Positions 31,812 through 41,164 of a stretch of DNA of 64,000 bases are shown here, piece by piece. The DNA is taken from contig CALEYV010000037.1 in assembly GCA_937927875.1 (NCBI GenBank), positions 21,221 to 85,220 on the forward strand, written 5' to 3'. Under the pieces are notes generated by a model. That model made no database searches. It was not told where the DNA came from and worked only from the letters and a program-made list of their open reading frames with translations. Position numbers and translations under genes: made by a program. Numbering within the stretch: the stretch's first letter is position 1; each line of letters begins with the position of its first letter. Origin of the DNA: an uncultured Actinomycetes bacterium. Lineage in GTDB: Bacteria > Actinomycetota > Acidimicrobiia > IMCC26256 > PALSA-555.

Positions 31812-33029
31812 ATGCCAAGATGCCCCGGCGTGACCCTGAAGGACGAGGCCGCGATCGTCGGCGTCGGCGCGACCCCGTACTACAAGCGGGGTCGGTCGCT
31901 GCCCCAGACGCCGCTCGAGCTGGCCGGCAAGGCCACGCTCGCCGCGCTCGACGACGCCGGGCTCGCCATCACCGACGTCGACGGCCTCGCCCTGTACAGC
32001 GTGGGGCTCGGCGGCGACACGTCCCTGTTCGCGCAGACGCTCGGCATCCCCGAGGTGCGGTTCACCGCCATGCTCACCGGCGGGGGCGGGGGCGCGGCGG
32101 GCTCGGTCGGGCTGGCCGCGGCCGCCATCGACGCCGGCATGGCGACGTGCGTGGTGAGCCTCATGACGCTGCAGCAGGCCGCGAGCCGGTTCGGGGCGTC
32201 GTACGCGCCCCGGGGCCGGCCCGGCGCCCAGTACTCGGCGCCGCCGTCGCCGGAGGGCAACTTCATCCAGCCCGCCGGCCTCATGGCCCCCGGCCAGATG
32301 TTCGCCGTCATCACCCAGCGCCACATGTACCGGTACGGCACGCAGCGCGAGCACCTGGCCGAGGTCGCCATCTCGACCCGGGAGAACGCGCGCCGGCGGC
32401 CGACCGCGCTGATGCGCGACGAGCTGACCCTCGACGAGTACTTCGCGGCCCGGCTCATCGCCGAGCCGCTCTGCCTCTTCGACTTCTGTCTCGAGTGCGA
32501 CGGCGCGGTCGCGGTCGTGACCGTGAGCGCGGCGCGGGCCCGGGACCTGCGCCACCCGCCGGTGCTCGTCACCGCCTCCGCGCACGGCGGGCACGGCCGC
32601 TGGGGCCAGGCCATCACGTGGATGGGCATGCCCGACGAGATGTTCGCGTCGTCCGGTCACCGCCCCGTCGCGCGGCGGCTCTACGAGATGGCCGGGCTCG
32701 GCCCGGCCGACGTCGACGTGGCGCTGCTGTACGACCACTTCTCGCCGATGGTGCTGCTCCAGCTCGAGGACTACGGCTTCTGCCCCATCGGCGAGAGCGG
32801 CCCGTTCGTCGCCGACGGCAACATCCGCTGGCCGACCGGCTCGCTGCCGGTCAACACCCACGGCGGCAACCTGTCCGAGGCCTACATCATCGGCATGACG
32901 CACGTGAAGGAGGCGGTCGAGCAGCTGCGAGGCCAGGCCGTCAACCAGGTCGAAGGGGCCGAGGTGGCGCTGGTGACCGGCGGGCCGGCGTCGCTGCCCA
33001 CGTCGTCGCTGCTGCTGCGGGCGGCATGA
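31812..33029 (+). CDS. thiolase-fold lipid-transfer/SCP-x-type protein
   Basis: AAIVGVGATPYYKRG, an interior thiolase-fold core, and C-terminal NTHGGNLSEAYIIGMTHV..QLRG match the non-acetylating thiolase-like family that pairs with DUF35 proteins. Confidence 0.85.
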   Translation: MPRCPGVTLKDEAAIVGVGATPYYKRGRSLPQTPLELAGKATLAALDDAGLAITDVDGLALYSVGLGGDTSLFAQTLGIPEVRFTAMLTGGGGGAAGSVGLAAAAIDAGMATCVVSLMTLQQAASRFGASYAPRGRPGAQYSAPPSPEGNFIQPAGLMAPGQMFAVITQRHMYRYGTQREHLAEVAISTRENARRRPTALMRDELTLDEYFAARLIAEPLCLFDFCLECDGAVAVVTVSAARARDLRHPPVLVTASAHGGHGRWGQAITWMGMPDEMFASSGHRPVARRLYEMAGLGPADVDVALLYDHFSPMVLLQLEDYGFCPIGESGPFVADGNIRWPTGSLPVNTHGGNLSEAYIIGMTHVKEAVEQLRGQAVNQVEGAEVALVTGGPASLPTSSLLLRAA

Positions 33030-33475
33030 CCGCGTCCCCCGCCCCGGCCGAGCGGCTCCGCGTCCCGGCCGCCGACCTCATCCGCCTCACCCCGGATCCG
33101 TGGACGGCCCCGTTCTGGGAGGCGGCGGCCGAGCACCGCCTCGTCGTCCCCCGCTGCACCAGCTGCGGGACGTTTCGCTTCCCGCCCTCCCCGTTCTGCT
33201 GGCGGTGCCAGGCCCAGGCGGTGGAGTGGGTGGAGCGACCCGGGGCCGGGACCGTCTACAGCTTCACGGTGGTGTGGCACCCGGTGCTGCCCGACCTCGC
33301 CGACTCGGTGCCGTACGCGCCGGCGGTCGTCGAGCTGCCCGATACCGACCACGTGCGCGTGGTCGGCGCGGTCGTCGACGCCGACGCCAGCGACGTCAAG
33401 ATCGGCCTGCCGGTCGAGCTGGTGTGGCGCGACGTGCGAGCCGGTGAGACGGTGCCGACCTGGCGGCCCGCCTGA
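33026..33475 (+). CDS. Zn-ribbon + OB-fold protein (DUF35 family)
   Basis: ATGA overlap with the thiolase stop. PFWEAAAEHRLVVPRCTSCGTFRFPPSPFCWRC is a rubredoxin-like CxxC..CxxC ribbon, followed by an OB-fold (GTVYSFTVV). Confidence 0.85.
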   Translation: MTASPAPAERLRVPAADLIRLTPDPWTAPFWEAAAEHRLVVPRCTSCGTFRFPPSPFCWRCQAQAVEWVERPGAGTVYSFTVVWHPVLPDLADSVPYAPAVVELPDTDHVRVVGAVVDADASDVKIGLPVELVWRDVRAGETVPTWRPA

Positions 33476-33557
33476 GGCTCGGCCGAGCCGGGCCCCGCCG
33501 CGCTCCGCTACCGTCCGCGGCGATGCGCCATCCCAACCAGTCCGGCGGCGGGTGCTG

Positions 33558-34505
33558 ATGGGGGGGCCCAAGCCGCTCGACGGCCAGCGCATCCTCGTGA
33601 CCGGCCCGACCAGCCAGGTCGGCCTCCCGGTCACGCTCGGCCTCGCGGGCGCCAACGAGGTGTGGGGGATCGCCCGCTTCTCGGACGCCCCGGCCCGCGA
33701 GCGGCTCGAGGCCGCGGGCGTGCAGTGCGTGACGACCGATCTCGCCACCACCGACTTCGGGCACCTCCCCGACGCGTTCGACTACGTCCTCAACTTCGCG
33801 GTGGCCAAGGGCGGCGACGACGCCTGGGACCACGACCTCGCCGCCAACGCGGAATCGGTCGGGCTGCTCATCGGGCACTGCAAGACGGCCCGGGCGGTGC
33901 TCCACTGCTCGTCGACCGCCGTGTACCAGCACCAGGGCCCCGAGCACGAGCTGCGCGAGACCGACCCCCTCGGCGACAACCACCGGGTCATGTTCCCGAC
34001 CTACAGCCTCGCCAAGATCGCCGCCGAGGCCGTCGCGCGTGCCGCCGCGCGCGAGCACGGCGTCCCGACCACGATCGCCCGCCTCAACGTCCCGTACGGC
34101 GACAACGGTGGCTGGCCCGCGTACCACGTGCTCTTCATGCGCGGCGACGCGCCGATCCCGCTGCACCCGGGGCGGCCGAACCGCTTCAACCCGATCCACG
34201 AGGACGACATCCTCGCCACCATCCCGGCCCTGCTGGCGGCGGCCAGCGTCCCGGCGACGATCGTGAACTGGGGCGGCGAGCCGTCCTCGATCGAGGAGTG
34301 GTGCGCCGACCTCGGCGAGCTGACCGGGCTGCCGGTCCGCTTCGAGGAGACGCCGAACACGATCGGGTCGGTGACCATCGACTGCACCAAGCTGCTCTCG
34401 ATCGCGCCGCCCCCGACCGTCTCGCTGCGCGACGGCCTGGCCCGTCTGGTGGCGGCCCGCTTCCCCGACCTGGCCCCCGAGAGCTCGTGGCCCGCCCCCG
34501 GGTGA
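33558..34505 (+). CDS. NAD-dependent epimerase/dehydratase family protein
   Basis: ILVTGPTSQVGLPV is a Rossmann GxxGxxG variant, and YSLAKIAAE is the YxxxK motif. An alternative GTG lies at 33552. Confidence 0.8.
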   Translation: MGGPKPLDGQRILVTGPTSQVGLPVTLGLAGANEVWGIARFSDAPARERLEAAGVQCVTTDLATTDFGHLPDAFDYVLNFAVAKGGDDAWDHDLAANAESVGLLIGHCKTARAVLHCSSTAVYQHQGPEHELRETDPLGDNHRVMFPTYSLAKIAAEAVARAAAREHGVPTTIARLNVPYGDNGGWPAYHVLFMRGDAPIPLHPGRPNRFNPIHEDDILATIPALLAAASVPATIVNWGGEPSSIEEWCADLGELTGLPVRFEETPNTIGSVTIDCTKLLSIAPPPTVSLRDGLARLVAARFPDLAPESSWPAPG

Positions 34506-35569
34506 TCGACGTCGACGGGCACGTCTTCGAGCCCGACGACCTCTGGGAGCGCTACCTGCCGCCGGCGTTCCACGACCGGCGGCCCCGGCTGGTCCGGGAC
34601 GAGCGGGGCACGACCCGCTACGAGCTCGAGGGCAACCTCATCCCCAACGGGACCGGCCCCGGCGCCTGGGTCCCGGAGGGGATCCGCGAGGCGTCCGTGC
34701 ACCGGGAGGGCGCCGTCGACCCGAACCTGCGCCTCGTCGACATGGACACCGAGGGCATCGACGTGGCGGTGCTCTACGGCACCGCGAGCCTCGGCTTCTG
34801 GGGCATCGCCGACCCCGAGCTCGCCGACGCCTGCTGTCGCGCCTACGACGACTGGCTCGCCGACTACTGCGCCGCCGACCCGACGCGCCTGAAAGGCACG
34901 CCGACGCTCCCGCTCCGCGCCCTGCCGCTCGCCCTCGCCGAGGCCCGGCGGGCCGTGACCGAGCTCGGCTTCGTCTCCCTCACCGTCCCCTGCTGCATCG
35001 GCACCCACAACCTCGACGACCCCGCGCTCGACCCGCTGTGGCAGCTCGCCGAGGAGCTCGACGTGCCGATCGGCGTGCACGCGGGCGGCCCCCGGTTCGC
35101 GTACAAGCGCTTCGTCGACTCGTACGCGACCCTGCACGCGCTCGAGTTCCCGTTCGACATCATGTTCGCGGCCGCGACCATCGTGTGCGGCGGGCTGCTC
35201 GAGCGGTTCCGGCGGCTGCGCATCCTGCTCCTCGAGGCCGGCGCGGCGTGGGGCCCGTACCTGTTCGACCGGCTCGACGAGCACTACGAGAAGCGGCCCC
35301 ACGAGATGCCGCGCATCACCAAGCGCCCGAGCGAGTACCTGGCCGACGGCCGCCTCGTCGTCTCGTGCGAGGCGGAGCGGCACCTCGGCCACGCGCTGGA
35401 CGGGCTCGGCGCCCACAGCGTCGTGTTCGCGTCCGACTACCCGCACTGGGACGCCGAGTTCCCGGACTCGGTCACCGCCATCACCGGCCGCGACGACCTC
35501 GACGATTCGCAGAAGACCGCGGTCCTGGCCGGGAACGCGGCCCGCGTCTACGGGTGGAACGGATCGTGA
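34502..35569 (+). CDS. amidohydrolase-2 family metal-dependent hydrolase/decarboxylase
   Basis: GTGA overlap with the previous stop. VIDVDGHVFEP is the N-terminal metal-binding HxH-like motif, and ..VVFASDYPHWD is the terminal D/H ligand motif of the ACMSD/LigW-type family. Confidence 0.8.
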   Translation: MIDVDGHVFEPDDLWERYLPPAFHDRRPRLVRDERGTTRYELEGNLIPNGTGPGAWVPEGIREASVHREGAVDPNLRLVDMDTEGIDVAVLYGTASLGFWGIADPELADACCRAYDDWLADYCAADPTRLKGTPTLPLRALPLALAEARRAVTELGFVSLTVPCCIGTHNLDDPALDPLWQLAEELDVPIGVHAGGPRFAYKRFVDSYATLHALEFPFDIMFAAATIVCGGLLERFRRLRILLLEAGAAWGPYLFDRLDEHYEKRPHEMPRITKRPSEYLADGRLVVSCEAERHLGHALDGLGAHSVVFASDYPHWDAEFPDSVTAITGRDDLDDSQKTAVLAGNAARVYGWNGS

Positions 35570-36375
35570 GCGACGTCGTGCTCGTCGACGTCGCCGAGCG
35601 CGTCGCCACCATCACCCTGAACCGGCCCGAGGTCCGCAACGCCATCAACGGCGACCTCAGCGTGGCGCTCGCCCGCGCCGTCGACGAGGCGGAGGCGGAC
35701 GACGGCGTCGACGTCCTGATCCTGACCGGCGCCGACCCCGCCTTCTGCGCCGGCGCCGACCTGCGCGAGGTGGCGGGCGACGCCGGCGCCCCCGCCATCC
35801 TCGACCCCGACCAGCGGTACGAGCGCGACGACGTCGGCCGGTTCGCGTTCCGGGGCCCGTTCCCGCCCCGCACCAAGCTGCTCATCGGCGCCATCAACGG
35901 GCCCGCCATCACCGGCGGCTTCGAGCTGGCGCTGAACTGCGACCTGCTCGTCGCCTCGGAGCGGGCCCGCTTCGCCGACACCCACGCCCGGGTCGGGGTG
36001 ATGCCGGGCTGGGGCCTCACCGTCCTCCTCCCGGAGGCGGTCGGCCTGCGCCGGGCCCGCGAGCTCAGCGCGACCGGCAACTTCCTTGCCGCCGAGCAGG
36101 CCCTGGCCTGGGGGCTGGTGAACCACGTCGTCCCCCACGACCAGCTGCTGCCCTGCGCGCGCGAGCTCGCGCTGGCGGCCGTGCACAACGACCAGGTCGC
36201 GGTGCGCCGCGTGCTCCGCACCTACCACGAGCTGGCCGGCGCCATCTACGACCCGGGCTGGGAGAACGAGGACCGGGTGAACCGCGAGTGGTGGCTCGGC
36301 ACGTTCGACGCCGCCGAGCTCGGGCGCCGCCGGGCCGGGGTCATCGAGCGGGGCCGGGGCCAGGTCGGCTCGTGA
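35566..36375 (+). CDS. enoyl-CoA hydratase/isomerase (crotonase) family protein
   Basis: GTGA overlap with the previous stop. ITLNRPEVRNAI, LTGADPAFCAGADL and INGPAITGGFELAL are present. Confidence 0.88.
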   Translation: MSDVVLVDVAERVATITLNRPEVRNAINGDLSVALARAVDEAEADDGVDVLILTGADPAFCAGADLREVAGDAGAPAILDPDQRYERDDVGRFAFRGPFPPRTKLLIGAINGPAITGGFELALNCDLLVASERARFADTHARVGVMPGWGLTVLLPEAVGLRRARELSATGNFLAAEQALAWGLVNHVVPHDQLLPCARELALAAVHNDQVAVRRVLRTYHELAGAIYDPGWENEDRVNREWWLGTFDAAELGRRRAGVIERGRGQVGS

Positions 36376-38693
36376 CCGCGCCGACCGCGGGCCGGTTCGT
36401 CGGGCAGGCGGTGCGCCGCCGGGAGGACCCGCGGCTGCTCACCGGCCAGGGCGTCTTCGTCGACGACGTCGTCGTGCCGGGCATGCTGCACGCCGCCTTC
36501 GTGCGTAGCGACCTGGCCCGGGCCCGGATCACCGGTCTCGACGTCGAGGCGGCCCGGGCCCTCCCCGGCGTCGCGGCGGTTCTGACCGCGGCCGACCTGA
36601 ACCCGATCGTCGGCTCGATGCAGCCGACGATGTTCCAGGGTGACCGCCCGCCGGCGCCCTGCGCGCCGCTGCGGCCGCTCGCCGACGGCGACGTGCGCTT
36701 CGTCGGCGACCCGATCGCGCTCGTGATCGCCGAGAGCCGCTACGTCGCCGAGGACGCGGCCGAGCTCGTCGTCGTCGACTACGAGCCGCTCCCCCCGGTC
36801 GTCGACGCCGAGGCCGCCGCGACCGCGACCGACGTCGTGCACCCCGAGCTCGGCTCCAACGTCGCGCTCCACGCGGCGTCGCCGCCGGATCCCGAGCTCG
36901 ACGCGGCCTTCGCCGCCGCCGCCCACGTGGTGACCGAGACCCTCGTGCAGCACCGCCACACCAACGTCCCGATGGAGACCCGGGGCGTCGTCGCCACCTC
37001 GAAGTCGGCCACCGGCGAGCTCGACGTGTGGATCTCCACCCAGAACCCGCACGAGGTCCGCCAGACCTGCGCCCGCGCCCTCGCGATCCCCGAGCACCTC
37101 GTGCGCGTCCGCATGGGCGACGTCGGCGGCGGGTTCGGCCAGAAGTACTTCACGCCCCGGGACGAGCTCACCGTGATCGCGGCCGCGCACCTGCTCGGGC
37201 GGTCGGTGAAGTGGATCGAGGACCGCCGCGAGAACCTCATCGCCGCCAACCACGCCCGCGCCGACCGGGTGACGGTCCGCATGGCCCTCGACGACGACGG
37301 CCGGATCCTCGCCGTGCACCTCGACCACCTCGAGGACTGCGGCGCGTACCCGGTCGGCGGGACGGGCGGCATCGGCCCGTTCATGGCCATGCTGTTCCCG
37401 GGCCCGTACCGGATGCCGAAGCTCGGCTTCTCGAGCACCGCGGTGTGGACCAACACCTGCGGCCGCGGCGCCTACCGGGGCCCGTGGATGATGGAGACCG
37501 TCGCCCGCGAGGAGATGCTCGACCTGGCCGCCCGCGCCGTCGGCCTCGACCCGCTCGAGCTCCGCCGCCGCAACTGCGTGCACGGCGACGAGCTGCCGTT
37601 CAGCACCGCGGGCGGGCTCGTCCTCGACCACGTCACCCCGGCCGAGACGCTCGAGCAGGCCGCCGGCCTCATCGACTACCCGGGCTTCCGGGCCGAGCAG
37701 GGCCGCGCCACCGGCGAGGGCCGCCTGCTCGGGGTCGGGATCGGCCTCTACGTCGAGCCGACCAGCATGTCCTCGGGCAGCCTCGGCGCCGAGACGGCGA
37801 CGGTGCGGGTGCAGCCGACCGGCACCGTGACCGTCCACCTCGGCACCGGGTCGCACGGCCAGAGCATCGAGACGACGATGGCGCAGGTCGTGGCCGAGCA
37901 CCTCGGCGTCGACCTCGACGCCGTGACCGTGGTCCAGGGCGACACCGACAGCGCCCCCTTCGGCGGCGGCACCGGCGGCAGCCGCACCGCGGTCGTCGCC
38001 GGCGGCGCGGCGCGCGACGCCGCCCTCGTCGTGAGCGACAAGGCCGCCAAGATCGCGGCGCACCTGCTCGAGGCCGCGCCGGAGGACCTCGAGGCCGAGG
38101 GCGGGCGGATCGCCGTCCGCGGCACGCCGACCCGGGGCGTCACCCTGGCCGAGGTGGCGCGCGTGGCGCTGAACGCGCCGGGCGAGCTGCCCCCCGACCT
38201 CGGCCCCGGCCTCGAGGCGACGGTCAGCTACCAGGCGCCGCCGATCACGTGGTCGAACGCCTGCCACGCCTGCACGGTCGAGGTCGACCCCGCGACCGGC
38301 GTGGTGGAGATTCTCCGCTACGTCGTCAGCGAGGACTGCGGCCTGATGATCAACCCGATGGTCGTCGAGGGCCAGATCGCGGGCGGCGTCGTGCAGGGCA
38401 TCGGCGGCGTGCTCTACGAGCACCTCGTCTACGACGAGGACGGCAACCCGCTCACGACCACCTTCCTCGACTACCTCCTTCCCACCGCGACCGAGGTGCC
38501 GACCATCGAGTACGGGCACATCGAGACCCGCTCGCCGACGCCGGGCGGGCACAAGGGCATGGGGGAGGGTGGCGCCATCGGCGCCCCGCCGTGCGTGTTC
38601 AACGCGGTCGCCGACGCGCTGGCGGTGCGCGGCAGGCGCGTCACCGACCAGCCGCTGTCGCCGGCCCGGGTCCTGGACGCGCTGGCCGGCTGA
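36372..38693 (+). CDS. xanthine dehydrogenase/CO dehydrogenase family molybdopterin-binding large subunit
   Basis: GTGA overlap with the previous stop. RREDPRLLTGQG, GDVGGGFGQKY, GAYRGP and the C-terminal GMGEGGAIGAP are present. No FAD or 2Fe-2S subunit gene is adjacent. Confidence 0.9.
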   Translation: MTAPTAGRFVGQAVRRREDPRLLTGQGVFVDDVVVPGMLHAAFVRSDLARARITGLDVEAARALPGVAAVLTAADLNPIVGSMQPTMFQGDRPPAPCAPLRPLADGDVRFVGDPIALVIAESRYVAEDAAELVVVDYEPLPPVVDAEAAATATDVVHPELGSNVALHAASPPDPELDAAFAAAAHVVTETLVQHRHTNVPMETRGVVATSKSATGELDVWISTQNPHEVRQTCARALAIPEHLVRVRMGDVGGGFGQKYFTPRDELTVIAAAHLLGRSVKWIEDRRENLIAANHARADRVTVRMALDDDGRILAVHLDHLEDCGAYPVGGTGGIGPFMAMLFPGPYRMPKLGFSSTAVWTNTCGRGAYRGPWMMETVAREEMLDLAARAVGLDPLELRRRNCVHGDELPFSTAGGLVLDHVTPAETLEQAAGLIDYPGFRAEQGRATGEGRLLGVGIGLYVEPTSMSSGSLGAETATVRVQPTGTVTVHLGTGSHGQSIETTMAQVVAEHLGVDLDAVTVVQGDTDSAPFGGGTGGSRTAVVAGGAARDAALVVSDKAAKIAAHLLEAAPEDLEAEGGRIAVRGTPTRGVTLAEVARVALNAPGELPPDLGPGLEATVSYQAPPITWSNACHACTVEVDPATGVVEILRYVVSEDCGLMINPMVVEGQIAGGVVQGIGGVLYEHLVYDEDGNPLTTTFLDYLLPTATEVPTIEYGHIETRSPTPGGHKGMGEGGAIGAPPCVFNAVADALAVRGRRVTDQPLSPARVLDALAG

Positions 38694-38702
38694 CCCGCCC
38701 GG

Positions 38703-39377
38703 TCAGCTCCGGTCGGCCGGGCGCACCCGGTAGGCGCAGCGGGCGTCGCCGGCCATGAGGTGCTGGGTCCGCTCGACCGCGACGTCGGGCCCGAGGACGG
38801 CGCGGAACAGCTCGAGCTCGCCCCGGCACAGCCCGGTGCACGCGGTGGCGGCGCTGCACACCGGGCAGTGGTGCTCGACGAGCAGCAGCGCGTCGCCGTC
38901 GCGCTGGGTTTCGGCCATGTAGCCCTCGGCGCTGCGCTGGCGGGCCAGCGCGGCCAGCCGCGATCGAAGCGATCCCGCGTCGGGCGCCGGCACGACGGCC
39001 CGGTACGCGGCGAGCTGGCGGGCGGTGCGGGCCTCGACGACGGCGTCGAGGCCGTCGTCGCCGACCGCCTCCCGGATCGCGGCGAGCAGCTCGACGGTCA
39101 GGTCGCCGTGGCGGTCGGGGAACAGCTCGGCGGCCAGCGCGGTGACCGCCCACTCGTCCGGCGGGCGGCCCCGGCCTCCGCCGGCCCGGCCCCGGCGCTC
39201 CACGAGCCCGTGCGACGCCAGGCCCTCGAGGTGCTGGCGGACGGCGGCCTCGGTGAGCCCGAGCCCGGCCGCCAGCTCGGGGACGGTCGCGGCGTCGACG
39301 CGCTTCAGCCGCTCCAGCACGCGGCGCTTGGCGTCGGTGAGGCCTGCGGACACGCCCCCGACCCTAGCGACTTCCAC
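38703..39377 (-). CDS. ArsR-type winged-helix regulator with C-terminal Cys cluster (SufR-like)
   Basis: An N-terminal wHTH (VLERLKRVDAATVPELAAGLGLTEAAVRQHLEGLASHGLVERR) and a C-terminal EHHCPVCSAATACTGLCRGELELF plus a further Cys (DARCAY), resembling the Fe-S-sensing SufR family. Confidence 0.7.
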   Translation of the reverse strand: MEVARVGGVSAGLTDAKRRVLERLKRVDAATVPELAAGLGLTEAAVRQHLEGLASHGLVERRGRAGGGRGRPPDEWAVTALAAELFPDRHGDLTVELLAAIREAVGDDGLDAVVEARTARQLAAYRAVVPAPDAGSLRSRLAALARQRSAEGYMAETQRDGDALLLVEHHCPVCSAATACTGLCRGELELFRAVLGPDVAVERTQHLMAGDARCAYRVRPADRS

Positions 39378-39387
39378 AAGTCAGGTC

Positions 39388-39416
39388 TTGACGAACTGCC
39401 GCCCAGAGGTGATTAT
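39388..39416 (+). promoter_or_regulatory. candidate promoter of the Rieske-fusion gene
   Basis: TTGACG, a 17-nt spacer and GATTAT in the only AT-richer patch of the 47-bp divergent intergenic region. The ATG at 39425 would leave little or no leader. Confidence 0.35.
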
Positions 39417-39424
39417 GGCAAGCG

Positions 39425-41164
39425 ATGGCTTCCGAAAATGGGGGACGGGTTCGAGCCGGGTCGGCGGCCACGCTCGAGGCCGAGGGCCGGCTGCTCACCA
39501 AGCTCGGCAGCCTGCCGGTGTTGGTCGTCTGGCACGAGGGCCGCGTCTACGCCCTCGAGGACCGCTGTCCGCATATGGGCTTCCCGCTGCACCGGGGGAC
39601 CTGCGAGGACGGGCTGCTCACCTGCCACTGGCACCACGCCCGCTTCGACCTGGCCTCGGGCTGCACCCTCGACCGCTGGGCCGACGACACGCGTGCCTTC
39701 GACGTCGAGATCGCCGACGGCGACGTGTGGGTGTCCGCGCGCGACGGCGGCGACAACGTCGAGCACCTCCACCAGCGCCTCCGGGAGGGACTCGAGGACG
39801 GCACCTCGCTCGTGATCGCCAAGGCCGTGCTCGGGCTGGTGGACGCGGGCGTGGACCCGGCCGACCTCGTGCGCACCGGCCTCGAGTTCGGGGCCCGCAA
39901 CCGCGCCGGCGGCTGGGGCACCGGGCTCACCGTCCTCGTCGCCATGGCGAACGTGCTGCCGCACCTGGACGCCGACGACCGTGCCGCCGCCCTCATCCAC
40001 GCCCTCGTGTTCGTCTCGAACGACACCCGCGGGAACGCGCCCCGCTTCGACGTGCCGCCCCTGCTGACGAGCACGGTGTCGCCCGACCGGCTGGCCGAGT
40101 GGTACCGGCGCTTCGTCGACACTCGTTCCGCCGGCGCGGCCGAGCGGGTGCTCGCCACCGCGCTGGCCGGCGACGTCGCCGACGCCGACGTCGAGGCGAT
40201 GCTGTTCGCCGCCGTCACCGACCACGTCTTCGTCGACGGCGGCCACACCCTCGACTTCACGAACAAGGCGGTCGAGGTCCTGCGCCAGGTCGGCCCGGCG
40301 TCGCGGGCGCTGGTGCTGCCGACCCTCGTCGCTCAGACCGCGGTCGCCGGCCGCAGCGAGGAAGGCAGCGACTGGCGGTACCCCGACAACCTGGTCGCGC
40401 TGCTGCGGTCCGCGACCGACGCCTTGCCCGACGCGCTCGAGGAGGGCCGGGCCCGCCGGGGCGAGTTCCAGGACGTGGCGGGGCTCGGCGACCAGCTGCT
40501 CGGCGAGGACCCGGCCGCGATCGTGGACGCGTTGCTCGACGCCGTACGCGCCGGCGCGACCGACGAGCAGGTCGGCCGGGCGGTGGCGCTGGCCGCCTCC
40601 CGCCGCGTCGTGCGCTTCCACACCCAGAACGACTTCGGCGACTGGGACACCGTCCACCACACCTTCACGGCCGACAACGCGCTGCACCAGGCGCTGCTGC
40701 GGGCGCCGACCGTCGAGCTGCTGCGGGGCGCGTTCCACGGGGCGCTGCGCGTCTACCTGGACCGCTTCCTCAACGTGCCGCCGGCCCGGTTGCCGACCGC
40801 CGAGACGGGATCGCTCGAGGCGCTCGTCGCCTGCTTCGACGTGCAGGGCGACGTCGACGTGGCCGGGAACGAGGCCTACGGGTACCTGCGGTCCGGCGGG
40901 TCGCGGGCCTCGCTCGTCGCCGCCCTCGGGCGCCGGATGCTCGACGAGGACGTCGGCTTCCACACCTATCAGCACTACGAGGCCAGCGTCCGGCAGGCCT
41001 TCGCCTGGCCAGAGGGGTCCGAGGAGGCAGCGCTGATCCTGACCGGCTGCGCTCGCTACCTCGCCGCCCACGCGCCGACGCGGCGCGAGCTGCCGACCGT
41101 GATCACGATCGCGTCGCGGCTCCGCCGGGGCGAGCACCTCTTCGAGGAGGCGGTGGCGAGCTGA
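39425..41164 (+). CDS. Rieske [2Fe-2S] domain fused to a ~460-aa uncharacterised alpha-helical domain
   Basis: The N-terminal ~100 aa has CPHMGFPLHRG..LTCHWHHARF, the CxH...CxxH Rieske ligands. I recognise no motif in the rest of the protein. Confidence 0.75.
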   Translation: MASENGGRVRAGSAATLEAEGRLLTKLGSLPVLVVWHEGRVYALEDRCPHMGFPLHRGTCEDGLLTCHWHHARFDLASGCTLDRWADDTRAFDVEIADGDVWVSARDGGDNVEHLHQRLREGLEDGTSLVIAKAVLGLVDAGVDPADLVRTGLEFGARNRAGGWGTGLTVLVAMANVLPHLDADDRAAALIHALVFVSNDTRGNAPRFDVPPLLTSTVSPDRLAEWYRRFVDTRSAGAAERVLATALAGDVADADVEAMLFAAVTDHVFVDGGHTLDFTNKAVEVLRQVGPASRALVLPTLVAQTAVAGRSEEGSDWRYPDNLVALLRSATDALPDALEEGRARRGEFQDVAGLGDQLLGEDPAAIVDALLDAVRAGATDEQVGRAVALAASRRVVRFHTQNDFGDWDTVHHTFTADNALHQALLRAPTVELLRGAFHGALRVYLDRFLNVPPARLPTAETGSLEALVACFDVQGDVDVAGNEAYGYLRSGGSRASLVAALGRRMLDEDVGFHTYQHYEASVRQAFAWPEGSEEAALILTGCARYLAAHAPTRRELPTVITIASRLRRGEHLFEEAVAS

